A stretch of 32,000 bases of DNA, taken from NCBI RefSeq assembly GCF_003231495.1, contig NZ_PQWO01000008.1, positions 90,001 through 122,000 on the forward strand, in the 5' to 3' direction. Below, one piece after another: positions 26,839-32,000 of the stretch. Below the pieces are notes generated by a model. The model made no database searches. It was given only the letters and a program-made list of their open reading frames with translations, and was not told the origin of the DNA. A program made the translations under genes and the position numbers. Position 1 is the first letter of the stretch. Each line of letters begins with the position of its first letter. The DNA comes from Acaryochloris thomasi RCC1774. GTDB taxonomy: Bacteria > Cyanobacteriota > Cyanobacteriia > Thermosynechococcales > Thermosynechococcaceae.

Positions 26839-26893
26839 GCTTGCAGTGGGCTGAAGCCCACTGCAAGCAGGGGCAGCATCACTGACTGCCCCT
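26839..26893 (-). terminator. Two abutting perfect hairpins downstream of the SLH gene (no U-tract)
   Basis: GCTTGCAGTGGGC-tgaa-GCCCACTGCAAGC has a 13-bp stem (26839..26868). It is directly followed by AGGGGCA-N11-TGCCCCT with a 7-bp stem (26869..26893). Confidence 0.4.
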
Positions 26894-26940
26894 GCAAGGG
26901 ATTGATTCTCGGCTGAGACAATTGCGATTGACTCTAGAGA

Positions 26941-28275
26941 TTAGGAGCCAGGCGTCTTAGCCGCCGCCAAATTCACATCAGCCTGTGTCGTTAACACAAG
27001 TTGGGCCGGATCGAGAATGATCACGCTGTCTGTCGTGGTTGGCGCAGAGCCAGTGGTTCTCAATGATTGAGCACCCTGATTAAGCAAAACATTCGTCAGA
27101 ATCGAAGTTGGATTCAAGCCCCCGCCCCCCAAGATGGAACCGAGCGCAGTTCTAGCAGCTGTCGTGGTCAAACTGTCTTGCACGGCAGTCGGCGTAACGC
27201 TTTGCCGAGCAGCTGGCACCACTGGATTCGAGATGGCACTGATGGGATAGCTGTTAGCGCCAACCTTCAGCGTTTGCGCCACAAACTGCGCCCCCGTTGT
27301 TGAATTAACGGTAAACGGAACAATTTGACCAGAGATAGTGCTGCCCTTCGGGATCAAAACAACATTCTGAGCATTGACCACATTGTTTGCCACGCCAAAG
27401 CTCACGGGCAGGGTCTCTCCGGGTGCGAGCACGAGCTTCGCTTTATCAGAGCCAATGTACTTGAGATTAATCTTCGTTCCGCTAGCCATCAGTCGTCCAG
27501 TCCCCTTCGCGACGGTGGCGGGAGTTGCCTGTGTCTTGGCCGTAGGCGTCGAAAGACCCTTAACAATAAAGCGATTGGCTCTGTCAGCTTTTGCAAGGGG
27601 TTCGAGTTGCTTCTGGTTGACCAAAGCCTGATAGACAAAGGCGGCAATGTCAGCACGGGTGGCATTATCGTTGGGGTTGAGAAATTTGACGTTGGGGTTA
27701 TTAACCACGATTCCGGTTTCAGTGGCCGCGGCAATGCCCGACTTAGCATAGTCAGGAATCTGCGCAGCATCGCTGAAGACGCCCAAGCTCTCTGCAATCT
27801 GACCCTGTGGCTCTAGCTGCAGTCCACTGGCTAAAGCCACGAGTGCCTGTACCTTAGGAATTTGCTGTTTCGGCTGGAATTCATTGCCTGGGTATCCAGA
27901 CAGGAAGCCTGTAGTGTAGGCCTGTGAGATGGCAGGTGTCGCCCAGAAATTAGCGTCAACATCACTGAAGCGATTCCCTCGACGGATTTTAGGTTGATCG
28001 AAGGCTTGGCGTACAATCGCAGCAAACTGGGCTCGCGTCACAGGCTCGTTGGGTTTAAATGAACCGTCGGGGAAGCCCTTAATAATATCTTTAGAGGCCA
28101 ACTCTTCAATAAAGGGGCGCGCCCAGTAGTTGGCATTCACGTCTGAAAATTGGGCAGATGCTGCTGGCTGGTTAGGCTGGGCCACAGTGGTGGATGCGAT
28201 CGCAAGTACCGAACATCCCAAAGCAGCCCCCACAAAACCGCTGGCAACCTGACGTGAATACTGGAACATGCTCAA
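26941..28275 (-). CDS. Secreted protein with three S-layer-homology (SLH) repeats and an unassigned C-terminal region
   Basis: 444 aa with a signal peptide (GAALGCSVLAIASTTVAQP). SLH repeats begin FSDVNANYWARPFIEEL, FSDVDANFWATPAISQAY and FSDAAQIPDYAKSGIAAA. The C-terminal about 210 aa are Thr/Val/Asn/Ala-rich and not OprB-like. Confidence 0.85.
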   Translation of the reverse strand: MSMFQYSRQVASGFVGAALGCSVLAIASTTVAQPNQPAASAQFSDVNANYWARPFIEELASKDIIKGFPDGSFKPNEPVTRAQFAAIVRQAFDQPKIRRGNRFSDVDANFWATPAISQAYTTGFLSGYPGNEFQPKQQIPKVQALVALASGLQLEPQGQIAESLGVFSDAAQIPDYAKSGIAAATETGIVVNNPNVKFLNPNDNATRADIAAFVYQALVNQKQLEPLAKADRANRFIVKGLSTPTAKTQATPATVAKGTGRLMASGTKINLKYIGSDKAKLVLAPGETLPVSFGVANNVVNAQNVVLIPKGSTISGQIVPFTVNSTTGAQFVAQTLKVGANSYPISAISNPVVPAARQSVTPTAVQDSLTTTAARTALGSILGGGGLNPTSILTNVLLNQGAQSLRTTGSAPTTTDSVIILDPAQLVLTTQADVNLAAAKTPGS

Positions 28276-28451
28276 ACTCCTCTAAAACTTTGAAGTCAGT
28301 GAACAAAACTCACTGAACAGGTAGATTAATGCACCCTCAAACTACTACTGAGAGTTTCAGCAAGCCCTGAATCTTGCTGATTATTTAATAATGTCAAGCT
28401 TAATAGTGGCAATCAGAGAAAATCTTTATCTAAGAATTGAGCGCAAATGTC

Positions 28452-29354
28452 TCACTGAGCACCCAGCTTGATAAAGTCACCCCGCACCCAGCCTTGAACC
28501 TTAGCAACCGGGAACTTTACCTGATACCAGGTATAGCCCCCTTGCCCCGGCTGACTCTTTAGAATTTGAACCTGATCCCCAGCAATACCGGCATGAATCA
28601 CATCAGACTGCAAATTATTGGCGGTCCTCACATTAACCTGAGCCTTGGGATCCTTGGTGATCAGCACGGCCTTTCTGGAGCCTGAGGATTTAGCCGTTGC
28701 TTTAGGCTGTGGTTTCGCCTGAGGCTGTGGTTTTGCTGCAGTAGGCTGGGGCTTTGGTTGAGGTTTTGGTTGGGGCTTAACAACAGGCTTGGGTTTAGCT
28801 ATCACGGGTGCAGCAGCGGGCTGTGGAGAAGGCGCTGTCGGCGTCGGCTGTTGAGCACCACCAGACTGTTGCGGGGTTATGGTCGGTGGAGAGGCTGCAG
28901 AGGCAGGGGTAGGCAAGTCGATGGGGGTCGGTCGCTTCGAGGGAGGAGCAGCCGCAGTTTCTCCCTCTAGAACCATCACAGATTCTTCTGCAATCCAGTG
29001 GTCTCCCACTCTTAACCAGGCTTGCCCCTCAGGATTAAAAAGCCGCAAACGCGGCGATAGAACCACTCCCGCTCGATATTCACCAATGACTTGCGAGTTA
29101 CTTTCGGGCTGGGTATAGATTTGCGCCCCGCCCCGCTCTACCTGAACCGTTTGCGGAGTTGTCTGAGCATAAAGCACTGGGGCGACAATCAGCTCTGCCC
29201 CATCTATCTCAGCAGGAAAAGCTAATTCCTGCTGACGACCTAGCGATACGCTAGCGGCCTTCACCTCGGATTCGATTGCCCTGACTTCAAATGCGGCACC
29301 AGCAAGAGCGCTGAGCATCAGACTAGCAATCAGCGTTGAGCGGAGCATGGCCAT
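28452..29354 (-). CDS. Secreted protein with two SH3b-like modules separated by a proline-rich spacer
   Basis: 300 aa with a signal peptide (MAMLRSTLIASLMLSALAGAAFE). SH3b-like segments are GGAQIYTQPESNSQVIGEYRAGV...WLRVGDHWI and AQVNVRTANNLQSDVIHAGIAGDQVQIL...GGYTWYQVKF...GWVRGDFI. The RBS AGGAGGG lies upstream. Confidence 0.7.
   Translation of the reverse strand: MAMLRSTLIASLMLSALAGAAFEVRAIESEVKAASVSLGRQQELAFPAEIDGAELIVAPVLYAQTTPQTVQVERGGAQIYTQPESNSQVIGEYRAGVVLSPRLRLFNPEGQAWLRVGDHWIAEESVMVLEGETAAAPPSKRPTPIDLPTPASAASPPTITPQQSGGAQQPTPTAPSPQPAAAPVIAKPKPVVKPQPKPQPKPQPTAAKPQPQAKPQPKATAKSSGSRKAVLITKDPKAQVNVRTANNLQSDVIHAGIAGDQVQILKSQPGQGGYTWYQVKFPVAKVQGWVRGDFIKLGAQ
28701..28796 (-). repeat. In-frame tandem KP/KPQP repeat tract (KPKPVVKPQPKPQPKPQPTAAKPQPQAKPQPK)
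   Basis: Reiterated GGYTTTGGYTG units are visible on the plus strand. They encode the core of the Pro-rich spacer (aa 187-218 of the SH3b protein). Confidence 0.8.
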
Positions 29355-29675
29355 ATCCCTCCTAAAGCCATCATTGGTGTTTGTCTAATCGTCGTTGTTG
29401 ATGATGCTTTGTTCCCTTTGAAAAGATAGCTATCGTTCTGTAGCATACCGGGCAATCGGCAACAGTTATGAGCAGCGTCAGTCTTTTTTTGGTCCGCGTT
29501 AGGCTACCGCACTTTTTCGCAATTCAACCTTGTAGGGTCTGAATCCCTGACTTTTAGCCGCCTCACGCCCAAAGATTTTACCCGCTAGAGAAACCTAATC
29601 TTTAAGCTGATATTTCTACAAATTAAGCTGCAAAACGGAGGATAGCAGCAGCTCAGAGGGCACACTAATACTGTT

Positions 29676-31259
29676 ATGGATTTACTTCACACACTTTTAC
29701 GTAAGAAGCCAGCCGCTCCTAAGGCTCAAACAAGCCTGTGCGATCTGAAACCTGGGATGCTGCTCATCGATCGTTACCGTCTGACAGAAATGGTAGGCCA
29801 GGGATCAATGGGCAGTGTTTATCGTGCCGAAGACCAGCTCTTGGGCGGCGTTACTGTAGCCGTTAAGTTTCTGTCACAGACGCTACTCAGCGAAAAAATG
29901 GCGCAGCAGTTTGCTCAAGAAGCACGGGCCGGTGCGCTGTTAGGGCATCAAAGCTTACATATTGTTCGGGTACTTGACTATGGCCTGCACGAGGAGCAGA
30001 TGCCGTTCTATGTGATGGAATGCATTGAAGGCATCAACCTTGAACAACTCTTGCAGGTGAAGTCGCTCTCATTAGCCCGATTTTTGAAATTGATGGGGCA
30101 AGTCTGTTCTGGCCTGCACTGTGCCCATCAAGGCATCAATGTAGATGGCAACCTCTATCAAGTCATTCATCGAGACATTAAGCCCAGCAACATTTTCGTC
30201 ACCCACAACGAGAGCCTCGGGGAGCTGGCAAAACTCCTAGATTTTGGTATTGCTGATTTTCTGAATCAAACCCTTAAAGATGGCCCAACCCAGCCCTTCA
30301 TGGGCACCCTCGCCTACGGTTCTCCCGAACAGATCTCAGGGCAGCAACCGGACTCACGCTCAGATATTTACAGCCTTGGCGTCACAATGTTTGAGTCGCT
30401 GACGGGAGACCTGCCCATCAAAGCAGAGGTGGACACCTTTGATCTATGGCACCGCGCCCATTGCCAGCAGCAGCCTCGCCGCTTTTCTCAGGCAGATCCC
30501 CACCTAGAAATTCCTGCGCCCCTAGAAGAAGTGATCATGGCTTGCTTAGCAAAGCAACCTGAGCAGCGTCCCCAGAACGTTGAAGAGATTCGAGAGGTCT
30601 TGAGAACAGTCAGTCAATCTGGCATTGCCAAACTGTCTCAACCAACAGATACCATCCCTGAGTTAGTCAAGATTGCAGCGCAGATAGAGCAGCAGCAGCA
30701 GTCGCCCGCCCATCAAACCCTGGTCACCTTTGAGTCAGCAGAGGATGTGGCTTGGCACTCAACTTGGCCCGAGAACATACCGCAGGCGAAGATCGCCTTC
30801 CCTCAGACGTTGAAGTGTGCACAACAAGATGCCGCAGCTTTATGGGTAATGCTTGCCCCAGAGGAAATTCAGCAGCGGATGCTGAATACTCGTCACTGCC
30901 ATTTTTTATGTACGTTTGCGCCCCATCCCATGTTGCTGTGGATTACGTCTATCTTCAGCCGTGAGCAGGGGCCCAAATGGATGCCCTGTTATATCGATCT
31001 CAAAGATCAGCAGGGACGCTATATGACTCAGCTCTTGAGCTCTGCTGGCTACTATCATCTACTGATGTTTGGGCTGCAGTCACCCAGCCGCCCCGCTAAT
31101 GTAGCAACGGTCAGTATCCCTGAGCCGCAGCGGAAGCATCTTTCTGATTGGCTGACAATGGCCCACGGCAAAACCTCAACGGGCACACCGGCCCAGAGCA
31201 AGCAGTTTTTGCGCGAGAAGTATCAAAGCGTCAAGGCAAAGATTCAGTCAAGGCTCTAG
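29676..31259 (+). CDS. Hanks-type serine/threonine protein kinase with unassigned C-terminal domain
   Basis: 527 aa. Motifs: glycine loop GQGSMGSVY, VAVKFL, catalytic HRDIKPSNIF, DFGIA, and GTLAYGSPEQ. A Gln-rich linker (QIEQQQQSP) is followed by about 180 aa that I cannot assign. Confidence 0.9.
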   Translation: MDLLHTLLRKKPAAPKAQTSLCDLKPGMLLIDRYRLTEMVGQGSMGSVYRAEDQLLGGVTVAVKFLSQTLLSEKMAQQFAQEARAGALLGHQSLHIVRVLDYGLHEEQMPFYVMECIEGINLEQLLQVKSLSLARFLKLMGQVCSGLHCAHQGINVDGNLYQVIHRDIKPSNIFVTHNESLGELAKLLDFGIADFLNQTLKDGPTQPFMGTLAYGSPEQISGQQPDSRSDIYSLGVTMFESLTGDLPIKAEVDTFDLWHRAHCQQQPRRFSQADPHLEIPAPLEEVIMACLAKQPEQRPQNVEEIREVLRTVSQSGIAKLSQPTDTIPELVKIAAQIEQQQQSPAHQTLVTFESAEDVAWHSTWPENIPQAKIAFPQTLKCAQQDAAALWVMLAPEEIQQRMLNTRHCHFLCTFAPHPMLLWITSIFSREQGPKWMPCYIDLKDQQGRYMTQLLSSAGYYHLLMFGLQSPSRPANVATVSIPEPQRKHLSDWLTMAHGKTSTGTPAQSKQFLREKYQSVKAKIQSRL

Positions 31260-31291
31260 AGCCTTGCTCTTGGCGCTGTTTTTGAGGCCAG

Positions 31292-32000
31292 TTAGAAAAG
31301 CAATTCCTCGGCCAGAATAGCGGCGATCCGTTCTGATGCGCCGCTGCGCCCCATGCGTTGCAGGCCGTTTTCATACCACTGCTGCGGGTCTGCTTGGTCA
31401 ATCTGCTGGAGAGCCTCAGGTACCTGGTGCGGATGCTCTAGGTTGAAGATGGAGTGGCCCAGCAATCGAGACTGCGCTTCGGCAAAGGCTGCGGTGAACT
31501 GCGGTCCTTTACCCGGTAGTGTAATCACAGGGATTCCCAGGCCAACGCATTGCTCAGTGGCGGTGCCAGCGGTTGCGATCGCAACTCCCACTCGCCCCAA
31601 ACAATCATTAAAATGCTCGGTCAACACCAGCCTTGCCTCTTCCTGAATCCAAATATTCTCAGATAAGCAGTGCCAACCAGACTTCTCTAACATTTCTGCC
31701 AGTGGCGCTCGCTCTAACCCTGGCGCGACGGCTGCCAGGAAGAGCCGGTTTTGAAGAAGAGATGTAACAGCCTCTAAGATCAGCTCCCAGTTTTGATAAG
31801 CCTCCGGTGGACGAGAACCCGGCAGCAGCAGAATAGCCCGCTGCGGCTGATGCTTCACCGCACTTAAATCAAGCTGACCCGTGGGCTGCAGATTATCCAT
31901 CATGGGATTGCCAGCATCGAACACCGATATCGGCCATTCTTGAAGGGTCTTAGCCGTTAACGAATCACGGGGGAACACAGCGCAAGCCTGCTGCATCAGC
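31292..32000 (-). CDS. Lipid-A-disaccharide-synthase-related protein (cyanobacterial LpxB-like family), C-terminal part; 5' end probably beyond the window
   Basis: GT-B-like C-terminal pattern ATAGTATEQCVGLGIPVITLPGKGPQFTAAFAEAQSRLLG. The frame stays open upstream of the ATG at 31996 to the window edge. Proteins of this family are much longer than 234 aa. Confidence 0.6.
   Translation of the reverse strand, partial: LMQQACAVFPRDSLTAKTLQEWPISVFDAGNPMMDNLQPTGQLDLSAVKHQPQRAILLLPGSRPPEAYQNWELILEAVTSLLQNRLFLAAVAPGLERAPLAEMLEKSGWHCLSENIWIQEEARLVLTEHFNDCLGRVGVAIATAGTATEQCVGLGIPVITLPGKGPQFTAAFAEAQSRLLGHSIFNLEHPHQVPEALQQIDQADPQQWYENGLQRMGRSGASERIAAILAEELLF

Noticed and set aside
26511-26866. Minus-strand ORFs 26511..26768 and 26615..26866, which overlap the TM2/SHOCT gene.
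   Set aside because: They are alternative frames of the same strand with Cys/Arg/Ser-rich products. The 26615..26866 ORF would start inside the 13-bp-stem hairpin.
31252-31263. 12-bp perfect palindrome GGCTCTAGAGCC spanning the kinase stop codon, with a nearby T5 run, considered as a terminator.
   Set aside because: The palindrome has no loop. The best alternative hairpin is only 5 bp (AGAGC-ctt-GCTCT) and the T-run lies 7 nt away, which is too weak to call.

Overview
This is a chromosomal window from a cyanobacterium. The assignment rests on at least 21 hand-counted copies of the HIP1 palindrome GCGATCGC, the NDH-1 genes ndhF and ndhD, psbY, and an RpaB-like regulator. G+C is roughly 50% by eye. 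I support about 31 protein-coding genes, most of them housekeeping. On the minus strand at the left end: a partial trkH, two TrkA/RCK genes, a REC-TPR response regulator and a HAMP/PAS histidine kinase. These are followed by ileS, a SAM methyltransferase, ndhD, ndhF, a thioredoxin, nadE, a DUF360/holin-family membrane protein, and a lipoprotein-type Mn-SOD. Next come a VOC protein, a RelE/ParE toxin-antitoxin pair, fabG, an ArsA/Get3-type ATPase, a lipoprotein coupled to murF, and murF itself. The right half holds an AT-rich orphan gene, an RpaB-like OmpR regulator, rlmH, a polytopic membrane protein, and psbY. It ends with a tandem-HhH (ComEA-like) protein, a TM2/SHOCT protein, an SLH protein, an SH3b/Pro-rich protein, a Ser/Thr kinase, and a partial lipid-A-disaccharide-synthase-related gene. 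Two genes are absent from the supplied ORF track and were found by reading the sequence: trkH, which is open to the window edge, and the 37-codon psbY. I recognised no rRNA, tRNA, CRISPR array, transposase, integrase or canonical defence system. Five items seem most worth a second look. (1) An AT-rich single-gene island beside murF encodes a 408-aa protein with GT11-like fucosyltransferase motifs. (2) A co-directional set of wall-binding and unassigned envelope proteins lies divergent from a kinase that has an unknown C-terminal domain. (3) Two abutting perfect hairpins sit between the SLH and TM2 genes. (4) Repeats with 10-nt periodicity and HLR1-like architecture occur upstream of the RpaB-like gene and upstream of psbY. 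(5) There are two long ORF-free spacers. All functional calls come from motif recognition by eye. No database search was run.
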